Below, piece after piece: positions 15,030 to 24,434 of a stretch of 43,458 nucleotides of DNA; the stretch's first letter is position 1, and every line of letters begins with the position of its first letter. Under the pieces are notes generated by a model that had not been told where the DNA came from, did no database searches, and saw nothing but the letters and a program-made list of their open reading frames with translations. Source of the DNA: Acidobacteriota bacterium (GTDB taxonomy: Bacteria > Acidobacteriota > Vicinamibacteria > Vicinamibacterales > CAVVIG01); contig JAYVMG010000382.1 of NCBI GenBank assembly GCA_043759095.1, positions 1 through 43,458 on the forward strand. Reading direction: 5' to 3'. The position numbers were made by a program, and so were the translations under genes.

Positions 15030-16627
15030 GAGCCCTACTCAGTGTTTCAGACAAGACCGGGATTGTTGATCTTGGTCGCGGCCTCGCGGCCCGAGGTTAC
15101 GAACTTGTCTCCACCGGCGGCACGGCGCGCGCGCTCGCCGATGCGGGGCTGCCGGTCACCGGCGTATCCGAGATCACCGGCTTTCCCGAGATGATGGACG
15201 GCCGGGTCAAAACGCTTCACCCGAAGATTCACGGCGGCATTCTGGCGCGCCGCGATCATCCGGACGACCTGACCGCCGCCGGCGCGCACGGTATCGGCCT
15301 GATCGATCTCGTCGTCGTCAACCTCTATCCGTTTGCCGAGACGGCGAAGAAGACCGGCGTCAGCTTCGACGATCTCGTCGAACAGATCGACATTGGCGGG
15401 CCGAGCATGGTGCGCGCGGCGGCCAAGAATTTCCGTGACGTGCTGATCGTGGTCGATCCGTCGGACTACGCGCCGCTGCTGGCCGCGATCGATGCCACGC
15501 CGAGCGTGGCGTTCCGGTTCGACCTGATGCGGAAGGCGCTGAAGCACACGGCCGACTACGACACGGCCATCACCGCGACGCTGGCGACCGTGCGGGTGGC
15601 GGGTGATCGCTTTGAGAGAGAAGACCGCACGACTGAAGTCGTGCGCCACGAAGTCGTGCGCCACGTGGATCTCTCGCTCGAGAAGATCCGCGACCTGCGC
15701 TATGGCGAGAACCCGCATCAAAAGGCTGCCTGGTATGTGGCGCAGAGTGTGAGCCCCGCAGGTCTCGGCGACGCGACGATTCACCAGGGCAAGGAACTCT
15801 CGTACACGAACCTGCTCGACCTGGACGCGGCTGCGCGGATCGTGCTCGAGTTCGACGAACCGGCGGCGGTCGTCATCAAGCACACCAACCCGTGCGGCGC
15901 GGCCACTGGCGACGTGATCGCGGACGCCTATCTGCGCGCCCGGGAGGCCGACAGCCTTGCCGCATTCGGGGGTATCGTCGCGCTGAACCGGCCGATCGAT
16001 GTCGCCACCGCCGACGCGATCGTGTCCACGTTCATCGAAGCCGTTATCGCGCCGTCGGTCGAGGCGGCCGCGGTGGAGGTGCTCGCCCGCAAGAAAAACA
16101 TGCGCGTGGTGACGGCGGACTTCGCGCCGTTCAAGAGCGGCGGCGTCGAGTTCCGATCGATTCTGGGCGCGATGCTCACGCAGGAGCGCGACGTGGTCGC
16201 CGAAGCGCAGCAGCCCTGGACGCCGGCGTCGGAGGGCCTCACGGTTGTCACAAAACGTCCGCCGACTGCGGACGAGTGGGAGGCGCTGCGATTTGCGTGG
16301 CGCGTGTGCGCCCATGTGAAGTCGAATACGGTCATCTTCACGGACGCGCGCCGCACGCTCGCGATCGGCGCCGGTCAGATGAGCCGCGTCGACTCCGTGA
16401 ACGTCGCCGTGATGAAAGCGCACGGCGCGGGCCGGCCGCTCACAGGATCGGTCGTCGCCTCAGACGCGTTCTTCCCGTTCCGCGACGGGCTCGATGCCGT
16501 GGCGAAAGCCGGGGCGACCGCCGTCGTGCAGCCCGGCGGGTCAGTACGCGACGCGGAGGTGATTGCCGCCGCAGACGAGCAGGGGCTCGCGATGGTGTTC
16601 ACTGGCAAGCGGCATTTCAGGCATTAG
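15023..16627 (+). CDS. purH: Bifunctional AICAR transformylase / IMP cyclohydrolase
   Basis: [21 protein letters not shown]..., [29 protein letters not shown]. Confidence 0.95.
   Translation: MPRALLSVSDKTGIVDLGRGLAARGYELVSTGGTARALADAGLPVTGVSEITGFPEMMDGRVKTLHPKIHGGILARRDHPDDLTAAGAHGIGLIDLVVVNLYPFAETAKKTGVSFDDLVEQIDIGGPSMVRAAAKNFRDVLIVVDPSDYAPLLAAIDATPSVAFRFDLMRKALKHTADYDTAITATLATVRVAGDRFEREDRTTEVVRHEVVRHVDLSLEKIRDLRYGENPHQKAAWYVAQSVSPAGLGDATIHQGKELSYTNLLDLDAAARIVLEFDEPAAVVIKHTNPCGAATGDVIADAYLRAREADSLAAFGGIVALNRPIDVATADAIVSTFIEAVIAPSVEAAAVEVLARKKNMRVVTADFAPFKSGGVEFRSILGAMLTQERDVVAEAQQPWTPASEGLTVVTKRPPTADEWEALRFAWRVCAHVKSNTVIFTDARRTLAIGAGQMSRVDSVNVAVMKAHGAGRPLTGSVVASDAFFPFRDGLDAVAKAGATAVVQPGGSVRDAEVIAAADEQGLAMVFTGKRHFRH
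15624..15668. repeat. Same hairpin plus 15-nt tandem repeat, copy 2, in the purH interdomain linker
   Basis: GACCGCACGACTGAAGTCGTGCGCCACGAAGTCGTGCGCCACGTGG. Read on the plus strand as [12 protein letters not shown]. Confidence 0.85.
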
Positions 16628-16630
16628 TAG

Positions 16631-16651
16631 CGGACAGCCTTCAAGGCCGTC
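16631..16651. repeat. GC-rich hairpin GGACAGCCT-TCA-AGGCCGTCC just after the purH stop
   Basis: 9-bp stem with one mismatch. Shares the AGCCTTCA(A)GGC core with 11220-11237. Confidence 0.55.
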
Positions 16652-16682
16652 CCCTTCGAGCGAAAACCAGGACGGAAACGGT

Positions 16683-16898
16683 ATGACCAATAAAGATGCG
16701 TGGTGGTGGACGCTGCTCGGCGTGATCGTGGCTGGGATTTTCGCGCACGCGTATTTGCCGCGCTACGAGTGGCGAACCGTCGAGCAGCCCGGGTCAATCA
16801 ACATCATGGTCTACGACAAGTGGACCGGCCGCATTCAGCGCGCGGTCTATGACGACAAAGGCGGGCTGAACCTGATGGGCGTATATAGCCCGTTTTGA
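16683..16898 (+). CDS. Small hypothetical membrane protein (71 aa)
   Basis: MTNKDAWWWTLLGVIVAGIFAHAYLP... has one TM helix. The internal ATG was chosen because the track ORF start overlaps purH. Confidence 0.4.
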   Translation: MTNKDAWWWTLLGVIVAGIFAHAYLPRYEWRTVEQPGSINIMVYDKWTGRIQRAVYDDKGGLNLMGVYSPF

Positions 16899-16980
16899 GA
16901 AGTCTCAACTCTCAGGTCTCAACTCTAAGGTCTCAACTCTCAGGACTGAGACTTGAGAGTTCAGACCTGAGACTTGAAGC
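16899..16980. repeat. Heptad/14-mer tandem array in inverted arrangement (GTCTCAACTCTCAG family), copy 1
   Basis: Three 14-mers occupy 16902-16943. The inverse-type units GACTGAGACTTGAGAGTTCAGACCTGAGACTTGAAG follow. Lies between convergent genes and supplies the last codons of hldA. Confidence 0.85.
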
Positions 16981-17989
16981 TCGCGGCCAGTTCTTCCGCC
17001 GTGAGCGTAGCCGGGCCGAATTTTCCGACGACGATGCCTGCGGCGTGGTTGGCGAGTGTCGCGGCTTCGGCCATGGTGGCGCCGGCCGCGAGCGCCAGCG
17101 CCAGCGTGGCGACGACGGTGTCGCCGGCGCCGGTCACGTCCGACACCTCCCGTGCGATCGCCGGGATCGACCCTTCCGCGCTCTTCTCCGACAACCACAT
17201 GCCGTGCTCGCCCCGCGTGATCAACACCGCCTCACACTGTGCGCGCGTCCGAAAATCCCGCGCGGCCTGGCGCGCGTCTTCGTCGGATTGCACGCGGAGG
17301 TGCGTGGCGATTTCGGCCTCGTGATGGTTCGGCGTGACCAGCGTGGCGCCGGCGTAGAACGCGAGATGCGGGATCTTCGGGTCGACGATGAGCGGGACAC
17401 GCTCGATACGCTCGGCTGAAGCCTTCGCTCTACGGTCGTTTGCGCCACAAAGTAGTGCTTCGATGACTGCGCGCGTGATCGCACCCTTCAGATAATCCGA
17501 AACCAGCAGCGCCTTCGCTTCTCCGGCCAGGCGCGTAACCTGGGCGACGATCGCTTGCTCGACGTCGCCGCTGGCGTCCGCGTCGCGCTCGTAGTCGATC
17601 CGTGCCACCTGCTGATTGCGCTCTGTGACGACGCGCACTTTTTCCGTCGTCGGGCGCGCGCGATCCTCCACGAGTCCGTTCGCGTTGACGCCCGCCGCCG
17701 CCAGTTGCTCGCGCAACTGCACGGCCGACGCGTCCGCGCCGACGATGCCCACGAGTGCCGCCCGCCCGCCCAGCGCGGCGATGTTGTGCGCGACGTTCGC
17801 CGCGCCGCCGAGGCGCACGTGCTCCGACTCGAAACGGACGATCGGGACGGGCGCCTCCGGCGAAATCCGCGTCACCCGTCCGACGATGAAGCGATCGAGC
17901 ATCACGTCGCCGACGACGAGGACGGGCAGACCGGCGAAGCGCGCGACGAGATCGCGGGCGCGGGCCGCGTCGATGGGCGACAGCGTCAT
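16961..17989 (-). CDS. hldA: D-glycero-beta-D-manno-heptose-7-phosphate kinase (RfaE domain I type, kinase domain only)
   Basis: PfkB-type sugar kinase (VLVVGDVMLDRF, RLGGAANVAHN, DVTGAGDTVVATLA). Start at 17989 overlaps the upstream gene stop (ATGA). Confidence 0.8.
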   Translation of the reverse strand: MTLSPIDAARARDLVARFAGLPVLVVGDVMLDRFIVGRVTRISPEAPVPIVRFESEHVRLGGAANVAHNIAALGGRAALVGIVGADASAVQLREQLAAAGVNANGLVEDRARPTTEKVRVVTERNQQVARIDYERDADASGDVEQAIVAQVTRLAGEAKALLVSDYLKGAITRAVIEALLCGANDRRAKASAERIERVPLIVDPKIPHLAFYAGATLVTPNHHEAEIATHLRVQSDEDARQAARDFRTRAQCEAVLITRGEHGMWLSEKSAEGSIPAIAREVSDVTGAGDTVVATLALALAAGATMAEAATLANHAAGIVVGKFGPATLTAEELAASFKSQV

Positions 17990-19191
17990 GCGGAAGGGGG
18001 ACGGTCTGCCGCGGCGGGCAGCGTGACGATGGTCAGAAACAACATCAGCACTTCGGAGTCGCCGAAGTTGTATTCGAACAGGCCTGCCGTGAGCAGCGCA
18101 ACAACCGTGGCCACCGCGCTGGCCGCCAGCGCCCGCTGTGCTCCGTTGAACCGTGTCCACAGATCCCTCAGCAGCGCGACGACAAACCAGAGCCAGAGCG
18201 CCAGCGCCGGGAGTCCGCGCTCCGCCGCGATCTGCAGGAAATCGTTATGGAGGTGCGGGTTGATGTGCGTCACGCCATCGGGTCCGACGAGCGAGTCCGA
18301 TCCCCGGAAATCGACGTACAGCCGCTGCACCATGTTCGGCCCGACGCCCGTCAGTGGGTGCGCGGCAATCATCCGCTCGCCGATGTGCAGCATCGTCACG
18401 CGGTCGCGAACCGTCGGATCGTTCATGTTGAACATCGAGGCGTAGCGTTTCGAAATCTGGCCCGGCGCGACCATGATGAACACCGCCGCGAGAATCGGCA
18501 CGATCGCAAACAGCCTGAAGTCCTTCATCGCGAACAGCATCGCGATGGCGGCGCAGGCGCCCACCGCGGCGCCGCGCGTGAACGTGACGGCGACGGCGAC
18601 GCCGAGCGCGGGCAGGACGAGCAGCGCCCAGGTGCGATCGCTCCGGCCGAAGAGGACGCGCGCGGCCGCCACGCCGATGACGATCATCAGCAGGCCCGAG
18701 TACGTCATCCAGTGGCCGAGCGTCCCTTGCGGCCGTTGTCCCAGATTGTCGTAGTGCAGGATGCCGTACTGCACGATGCCGAAGACCGCGCTGACCGCGG
18801 CGCAGGTGAGCACGACCGTCAGCAGCGTGTGCCCGCGCGGAGCGTTGATGAAACGGTAAACCAGCGGCACCAGCAGGAACAGGACGAGTTGTTTGCCCGG
18901 GCCGGCGAGGCTGGCGCGCGGGTCGGGCGACAGCGCGGCCGAGACGAGAGTCGCGGCGCCGTAGGCGAGCAAGGGCCAGAAGAAACTCGGCGCGTCGAAA
19001 TGCTCGCGGCGGACGACCAGCAGGATGATCCAGCAGAGGAGCGCGATCGCCAGCAGGATCTGAGCGGCGGCGATCGAGAACTGGACGGCGCCCGCCATGG
19101 CGAACAGCGCCAGCACGCCGGCCTGTTCGAGCCCGAGACGTTCAACCGGGTGCGGCGCGTCGAGGGCGATGGCGTCGGACACGTTTCTCAT
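17986..19191 (-). CDS. O-antigen ligase family membrane protein (Wzy_C domain)
   Basis: Polytopic membrane protein with NPHLHNDFLQIAAERGLPAL. Start chosen at MRNVSD (19191), 1 nt after the GT9 stop. Confidence 0.7.
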   Translation of the reverse strand: MRNVSDAIALDAPHPVERLGLEQAGVLALFAMAGAVQFSIAAAQILLAIALLCWIILLVVRREHFDAPSFFWPLLAYGAATLVSAALSPDPRASLAGPGKQLVLFLLVPLVYRFINAPRGHTLLTVVLTCAAVSAVFGIVQYGILHYDNLGQRPQGTLGHWMTYSGLLMIVIGVAAARVLFGRSDRTWALLVLPALGVAVAVTFTRGAAVGACAAIAMLFAMKDFRLFAIVPILAAVFIMVAPGQISKRYASMFNMNDPTVRDRVTMLHIGERMIAAHPLTGVGPNMVQRLYVDFRGSDSLVGPDGVTHINPHLHNDFLQIAAERGLPALALWLWFVVALLRDLWTRFNGAQRALAASAVATVVALLTAGLFEYNFGDSEVLMLFLTIVTLPAAADRPPSA

Positions 19192-19192
19192 C

Positions 19193-20296
19193 TTAACCGA
19201 ACGGTAGGGAAGGGCCTTGAGGCCGTTCCCTGCGATCGTTGCGGGTGAGGGCGCGCTCGGCGGCGTCGAGAACCTGCGCCGGTGTGATGGAGGTGAGGCA
19301 GCGGAAATCGCCGGGCTCGCAGACCCGCTGATCGCATGGCCGGCACGGCAGCTCGCCGGCGTCCACCGATTCGGTGACGCACGTGTCAGCGCGCCACGGC
19401 GCCGATCGGCTGGGCAGCGTCGGGCCATACAGCCCCACGATCGGCACGCGCGTCGTCGCGGCCACATGGAGCGGACCGCTGTCGCCGCCGATGTACAACG
19501 CCGCGCGATCGAGCAGGGCGCGCAGTTCAGTGAGCGAGAACTCGCCGCACGACAGGACCTGGTCGGCGTGTTCGCCCATGCGCGTGCGCGCGCCGTCGAT
19601 GACGCCGGCGGCCGCGTCGCGTTCCGAGGGCCCTGACGTCACGATGATGCGGCGCTGCGGATCGCCGAGGGCCAGCGAGGCAACGAGATCGACGAAGTGC
19701 GCCGCCGGCCATCGCCGGAAGGGGTTGCCGGCGCTCACATGCAGCACGATGATCGCTGTGTCGCTTGACACGCCGCCCTGCACGAGGCGCTCCCGCACGG
19801 CCGCGCTGGCGTCGGGGTCAACCGGCATTTCCATCGGGAACGCGATGCGATCCGGCGGCGCAACGCCGAGTGGCGCGAGCAGGTCCCATTGGTTTTCCAC
19901 CGAATGACGGGGACGCAGATGCCGCGGCCGCGCGATACGCTGCGTGTACATCCAGCCGCGGCCGGCGACATCGTAGCCGATGCGCGCGGGCGCTCCGCTC
20001 AACCACGTCAGGAGCGACGCGCGGGGACCGCCGTGGAAATCAATCGCGAGGTCGTAGTGGTCGGCGCGCAGCCGGCGCGCCAGCGCGAGGTCGCCAAGCA
20101 GGCCGCGGACACCACGCGCGCGCGGCGCCACGATCACCTGGTTCAAATGGGGGTTGTGGATGACGATTGGCGCGGCGGCGGGTTCGACGATGTAGGTGAG
20201 GTGCGCCTCAGGAAACCGTTGCCGCAGGGCATGGACGGCGGGTGTGGTGAACACGACGTCACCGATTTGTCTGAGCCGGACGAGCAGGATCCTGAT
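19193..20296 (-). CDS. Glycosyltransferase family 9 (LPS heptosyltransferase); the conserved N-terminus has no canonical start codon
   Basis: GT9 motifs are present (GDSGPLHVAA, IGLYGPT). The frame upstream of the track start (GTG 20254) encodes IRILLVRLRQIGDV, the conserved GT9 N-terminus. The only candidate start is ATC at 20296, preceded by GAGGA. Confidence 0.75.
   Translation of the reverse strand: MRILLVRLRQIGDVVFTTPAVHALRQRFPEAHLTYIVEPAAAPIVIHNPHLNQVIVAPRARGVRGLLGDLALARRLRADHYDLAIDFHGGPRASLLTWLSGAPARIGYDVAGRGWMYTQRIARPRHLRPRHSVENQWDLLAPLGVAPPDRIAFPMEMPVDPDASAAVRERLVQGGVSSDTAIIVLHVSAGNPFRRWPAAHFVDLVASLALGDPQRRIIVTSGPSERDAAAGVIDGARTRMGEHADQVLSCGEFSLTELRALLDRAALYIGGDSGPLHVAATTRVPIVGLYGPTLPSRSAPWRADTCVTESVDAGELPCRPCDQRVCEPGDFRCLTSITPAQVLDAAERALTRNDRRERPQGPSLPFG
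19207..19230. repeat. GC-rich tetraloop hairpin GGGAAGGGCC-TTGA-GGCCGTTCCC in the 3' end of the GT9 gene
   Basis: 9 of 10 stem pairs. Encodes the C-terminal residues RPQGPSLPFG. Confidence 0.5.
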
Positions 20297-20300
20297 GCGG

Positions 20301-20471
20301 CTATTCCTCGATGGTCGCTTCGTCGATCAGCATGACCGGAATGTCGTCCTTGATCGCATACACACGCTTGCACGTGCCGCACTTGAGCGCGGCGCCGTTC
20401 TTCACCAACGTCACCGGCGTCTTACAGTTCGGGCAGGCCAGAATCTCGAGCAACTCAGGGTCGACAGGCAT
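20301..20471 (-). CDS. Trm112/YcaR (UPF0434) family small zinc-ribbon protein (56 aa)
   Basis: Not in the ORF track because it is under 60 aa. Translation: MPVDPELLEILACPNCKTPVTLVKNGAALKCGTCKRVYAIKDDIPVMLIDEATIEE. Confidence 0.8.
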   Translation of the reverse strand: MPVDPELLEILACPNCKTPVTLVKNGAALKCGTCKRVYAIKDDIPVMLIDEATIEE

Positions 20472-20518
20472 GCCCCCGAATATATGACACCTTCCGGCTT
20501 TTGTGGAACAATTCGGGC

Positions 20519-22543
20519 ATGAAGCTCGCAGCCCTCGTCGCAGCGTTCAGCGTGTCGATGCTTGTGGCCGATGCGCGAGCCGGCGGGCAGACTTCACCCT
20601 CGCGCAATCAACGTCCCGCACCGCTCGCGACGGCTTCGCCCGAGAAAGTTGCAGACGCCTACGCGCAGTTCCTGCTCGGGCACCGCTTCGAGGAGAACGA
20701 GGACGCAACGTCCGCGATCGCGGCGTACACGCGCGCGATGGAGCTCGATCCGATCGCCGCCGAGATCCCCGCGCAACTCGCCGGGCTGTACCTGAAACAA
20801 AGCAAGGTGCAGGAGGCGATGACGACCGCGGAGATCGCGTTGAAGATTGCGCCGGCGAACCGTGAGGCCAATCGCGTGCTCGGCATGGTCTACACCGCGT
20901 TGTCGGAGAGCGGACAGGAAGCCACGCCGCGGGCACGCAACGCCGACAAGGCCGCCGAGGACAACGTCAGGAAAGCGGTGAAGTGCTTCGAGCTCGCGCT
21001 CGACGGCGCGCTGGCCGAATCCGAGCCGAACGTGCGCGCCACGCTGGCGCGCCTGTACCTGCGCACCAGCGCATTCGAGAAAGCGATTCCGCTGCTGACC
21101 GACCTTGTGAATCAGGAAGCTGGATGGCAGGACGGTCCGCTGATGCTGGTGGAGGCGTACACCGGAGCCGGGCGCAGCGCGGATGCGATTGCATGGCTCG
21201 AGGAGCGGACGCCGGGCGACCCGCGTCTGCTGCCGGCGCTGGCCGATTTCTACGAGCGCGAGCTGCGCTGGTCGGACGCGGTGCGCGCCTATGCGTCGGC
21301 GCTCCAACGCGCGCCGCGCAGCCTGGACCTGAAAGCGCGGTATGCCTCAGCGCTGATGAACGCGGGCGGTCGCGAGAACATCGACAAGGCGCGAACCGCG
21401 CTCGTCGAGGTCACCTCGACCCGCACGACCGACGTCCGGTTGCTGTACCTGTTGTCGCAGGCGCATCGGAGGCTCGGCGACTTCCAGGAAGCCGAGTCGT
21501 CGGCCCGGCGCGTCGTCGCGCTGAACAACAACAGCCCGTGGGGTTACTACGCGCTGGCGGAATCACTCGAGGCGCGCCGGGAATATCAGTCGGTGGTGGA
21601 CGAGCTTGCGCCGGTCGTTGCCGCAAATCGCGGAAAGGCGGCGGAAGGATTTGACGTCGGCATCCTTCTGCCGCACCTTGGATTTGCCTATCAGGAAACC
21701 GGTCAGCACGACAAGGCGATCGCGACGTTCGAGGATGCGCGCAAGCGGTCTCCGGACAATCCCGCGATTGCCGGCTATCTGATCGAGGCCAACATCGCCG
21801 CCAGGAAATACGGCGCCGCGGTGGATGCGGCGAAGTCCGCGCTTGGTCAGCACCCGAACGATCTGCGCCTGACGCGGCTCGAAGCGCAAGCGCTGCGCCA
21901 CGACGGCAAGGCCGAACAGGGCATTGCGCTCCTCGCGGAGGCGATCACGCACCACGCGGACGATCCGCTCGCCTATATCTCGCTCGCACAGGCCTACTCC
22001 GAGGCCGAGCAGGGCGCGCAAGCCGTCAAGGTGCTGCAGGGTGCGCAGGCAAAGTTCCCGACCAACGATGGGATCGCGTTCGAGCTGGGGACGGTGTTCG
22101 ACAAGCAGAAGAAATTTTCTGAAGCGGAGTCGGCGTTCCGGCAGGTGCTGACGCGCGATCCCGAGAACGCGACGGCCCTGAACTACATCGGCTACATGCT
22201 GGCCGAGCGCGGAGAACGTCTCGACGAGTCGGTCACCTACCTGACGCGTGCGCTGATCATCGAACCGGAAAATGCGTCGTTCCTCGACAGCCTTGGCTGG
22301 GCGTACTTCAAGGCAGACAAGCTCGATCTCGCGGAGGCCAATCTGCGGCGCGCCGCCGATCAGTTGAAGACGAACTCCGTGATTCAGGAGCACTACGGTC
22401 AGGTGCTGTTCAAGCTCGGACGCTTCGACGACGCGATTTCCGCCTGGTCGCGCGCGCTGGCCGGCGACGGCGACTCGATCGACAAGGTGGACGTCGACAA
22501 TAAGATCCGCGCCGCGAAGCAGAAACTCAATACGAAGAAGTGA
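20519..22543 (+). CDS. Secreted TPR-repeat protein
   Basis: Signal peptide MKLAALVAAFSVSMLVADARA followed by multiple TPR-like repeats along 674 aa. Confidence 0.8.
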   Translation: MKLAALVAAFSVSMLVADARAGGQTSPSRNQRPAPLATASPEKVADAYAQFLLGHRFEENEDATSAIAAYTRAMELDPIAAEIPAQLAGLYLKQSKVQEAMTTAEIALKIAPANREANRVLGMVYTALSESGQEATPRARNADKAAEDNVRKAVKCFELALDGALAESEPNVRATLARLYLRTSAFEKAIPLLTDLVNQEAGWQDGPLMLVEAYTGAGRSADAIAWLEERTPGDPRLLPALADFYERELRWSDAVRAYASALQRAPRSLDLKARYASALMNAGGRENIDKARTALVEVTSTRTTDVRLLYLLSQAHRRLGDFQEAESSARRVVALNNNSPWGYYALAESLEARREYQSVVDELAPVVAANRGKAAEGFDVGILLPHLGFAYQETGQHDKAIATFEDARKRSPDNPAIAGYLIEANIAARKYGAAVDAAKSALGQHPNDLRLTRLEAQALRHDGKAEQGIALLAEAITHHADDPLAYISLAQAYSEAEQGAQAVKVLQGAQAKFPTNDGIAFELGTVFDKQKKFSEAESAFRQVLTRDPENATALNYIGYMLAERGERLDESVTYLTRALIIEPENASFLDSLGWAYFKADKLDLAEANLRRAADQLKTNSVIQEHYGQVLFKLGRFDDAISAWSRALAGDGDSIDKVDVDNKIRAAKQKLNTKK

Positions 22544-23415
22544 GTTCGCCACCACGGGGGACAGGGAGGACGCGGAGGTCAAATCCTTTTGGTACGGGAT
22601 TCTTCCCCTGTGTCCTCCGTGTCCTCTGTGGTGGCGAGTTCTTACTCGCGTTGGCGGTCACGTCCTGCGGCGCCCCGCTGATGAAGTTGCCCGCCGGCCC
22701 CGGCGGGCCCGCTGCCGACGCCGCCGACGCGTTCGCGCAGGCGACCAGCGTCTGCCGCGGCATTCGCACGCTGACCGCGGAGGTTGCGACCAGCGGCAAA
22801 GTGGGCGGTCAGCGATTTCGCGTGCGTCTGTCCGCGGGCGTCGAAGCGCCTGCGTCGGCGCGGCTCGAGGCGGTCGCGCCGTTCGGCGCGCCCTTTTTCA
22901 TCTTTGTGGCCACCAACGACGATGCCACGTTGTTCCTGCCGCGAGACGAACGCGTCCTCGAGCACGGCCGTCCCGCGGACGTACTCGATGCGGTGGCTGG
23001 TGTGCCGCTGAGCGCGGGCGATCTCCATGCGGTGCTCACGGGGTGCGCGCCGGCGGTGTCCCAGCCAGAGGGGCGCACGCTCGGCGCCGACTGGCGTCTG
23101 ATCACAGACGCGGCCGGCGACGCGATCTATCTGCGCCGAGAGGGCGCCGCGCAGTCGTGGCAGTTGGCGGCCATCGTCCGCCGCGCGTGGCGCGTGGACT
23201 ATCGCGATCAGTTGAATGGGCTGCCGCGCACGATGCGGATCATGAGCGCGGCGCGCGACGGCAGCGCGTCGTTCGATCTGACGCTCGCGCTCACGCAGGT
23301 CGAGACCAATATCCCGCTCGGCGCCGAGGTCTTCCGCGTGGACGTCCCGCGGGGCGCTCAATCGATCACCCTCGATGAACTCCGTCATGCGCGTCCAGGC
23401 GTTCGCGAAAATTAA
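22540..23415 (+). CDS. Putative outer-membrane lipoprotein (LolB-like position upstream of ispE)
   Basis: Lipobox-like LALAVTSC. Sits in the lolB slot of the lolB-ispE-prs neighbourhood. The only in-frame start is GTG 22540, so the first ~35 codons lie in a palindromic repeat. Confidence 0.5.
   Translation: MSSPPRGTGRTRRSNPFGTGFFPCVLRVLCGGEFLLALAVTSCGAPLMKLPAGPGGPAADAADAFAQATSVCRGIRTLTAEVATSGKVGGQRFRVRLSAGVEAPASARLEAVAPFGAPFFIFVATNDDATLFLPRDERVLEHGRPADVLDAVAGVPLSAGDLHAVLTGCAPAVSQPEGRTLGADWRLITDAAGDAIYLRREGAAQSWQLAAIVRRAWRVDYRDQLNGLPRTMRIMSAARDGSASFDLTLALTQVETNIPLGAEVFRVDVPRGAQSITLDELRHARPGVREN
22546..22639. repeat. About 94-nt imperfect palindromic element, copy 2 (TPR / LolB-like junction)
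   Basis: Arms TTCGCCACCACGGGGGACAGGGAGGACGCGGAGG and CCCCTGTGTCCTCCGTGTCCTCTGTGGTGGCGAG. Same CCACCAC-GGAGGACAC motif as at 4568-4660. Confidence 0.85.
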
Positions 23416-24241
23416 CCTGTCGCTGCGCGTGCTGGGCAGGCGCGCCGACGGGTATCACGAACTGCGCACGATCTTTCAGTCGATTGCGCTGCACGACACT
23501 CTGACGATTCGCTCGATCCGCGGTCCGTTCCGGTTGACCTGCGACGATCCGGCGTGTCCTGTCGACGGGACGAATCTGATTGCGCCGGCGGCGGCGCGGA
23601 TGTGGCGCGCGGCCGGGCGCCGCGGCGCGCCGCGTGACGTGGCCATCGATCTGGAGAAACGGATTCCGATGCAGGCGGGGCTTGGCGGCGGCAGCAGCGA
23701 TGCGGCGGCGACGCTGCGCGCGCTCGCCCGTCGGTGGCGCGTCAGTGACGCGCGCGTGCGCGAAGCCGCGAAGGCGCTCGGCGCCGACGTCCCGTACTTC
23801 CTCGAAGGCGGAACGGTGCTCGGCCTCGATCGCGGGGACCTGCTGTTCCCGTTGATCGATGGGCCGGCGGCATGGGTCGTCCTGGTCCTATCGGATTTCG
23901 GGGTCAGTACGAAGGACGCGTTCGGGTGGTTTGACAGCAGCCCTGAGCAGGCCGCGCCACTTCGGGACGACCGAGGGATCGCCCCCCGTGGTGAACTGGT
24001 CAACGATCTGGAGGCTCCGGTCGTGAAACAGCACCCGGCCGTGGGTCGTATCATTTCTGCACTCCGGCGTCACGGGGCGTCTCAGGCGGCGATGTCGGGC
24101 AGCGGGTCAGCTGTTTTCGGCCTGTTTTCGCAGCGTTCAGCCGCGACGCGAGCGGCAAACGGTGTGGCGTCGGCTTCCCGAAGGACTCTGCTCACCCGGA
24201 CTCTTAACCGCCAACGCTACCGGGCGCTTGCCGCGACCTGA
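23387..24241 (+). CDS. ispE: 4-diphosphocytidyl-2-C-methyl-D-erythritol kinase
   Basis: MRVQAFAKINLSLRVLGRRADGYHEL and GHMP motif GLGGGSSDAAATL. An alternative ATG at 23375 is possible. Confidence 0.9.
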   Translation: MRVQAFAKINLSLRVLGRRADGYHELRTIFQSIALHDTLTIRSIRGPFRLTCDDPACPVDGTNLIAPAAARMWRAAGRRGAPRDVAIDLEKRIPMQAGLGGGSSDAAATLRALARRWRVSDARVREAAKALGADVPYFLEGGTVLGLDRGDLLFPLIDGPAAWVVLVLSDFGVSTKDAFGWFDSSPEQAAPLRDDRGIAPRGELVNDLEAPVVKQHPAVGRIISALRRHGASQAAMSGSGSAVFGLFSQRSAATRAANGVASASRRTLLTRTLNRQRYRALAAT

Positions 24242-24335
24242 GCCCATCGGATAAACTTACCCTCTTGCGTCGCGTGCTTTAGGCCACTCCTGAAGTCAGC
24301 ATTTTCATTCAGAGACAGGCGCGGGAACTTTTTAT

Positions 24336-24410
24336 TGGGGCGTCGCCAAGTGGTAAGGCGCGGGTCTTTGGATCCCGTATTCGAAGGTTCGAATCCTTCC
24401 GCCCCAGCCA
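24336..24410 (+). tRNA. tRNA-Gln (anticodon TTG), CCA encoded
   Basis: Acceptor TGGGGCG/CGCCCCA, anticodon loop CTTTGGA, T-loop GGTTCGAATCC. Closely parallels E. coli tRNA-Gln. Confidence 0.9.
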
Positions 24411-24434
24411 CCTCGCGGGGGCTGTTGTAGTCCG

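Noticed and set aside
16899-16980. Possible CRISPR arrays, given the many short direct repeats (also at 28029-28167, 42291-42410, 12701-12740).
   Set aside because: The units are 7-18 nt and strictly tandem, with no unique spacers. There are no cas genes. The architecture is inverted arms, not repeat-spacer.
24242-24335. Promoter for tRNA-Gln.
   Set aside because: Several weak -35/-10 combinations exist, but none has good hexamers at 16-18 nt spacing, so it was not called.
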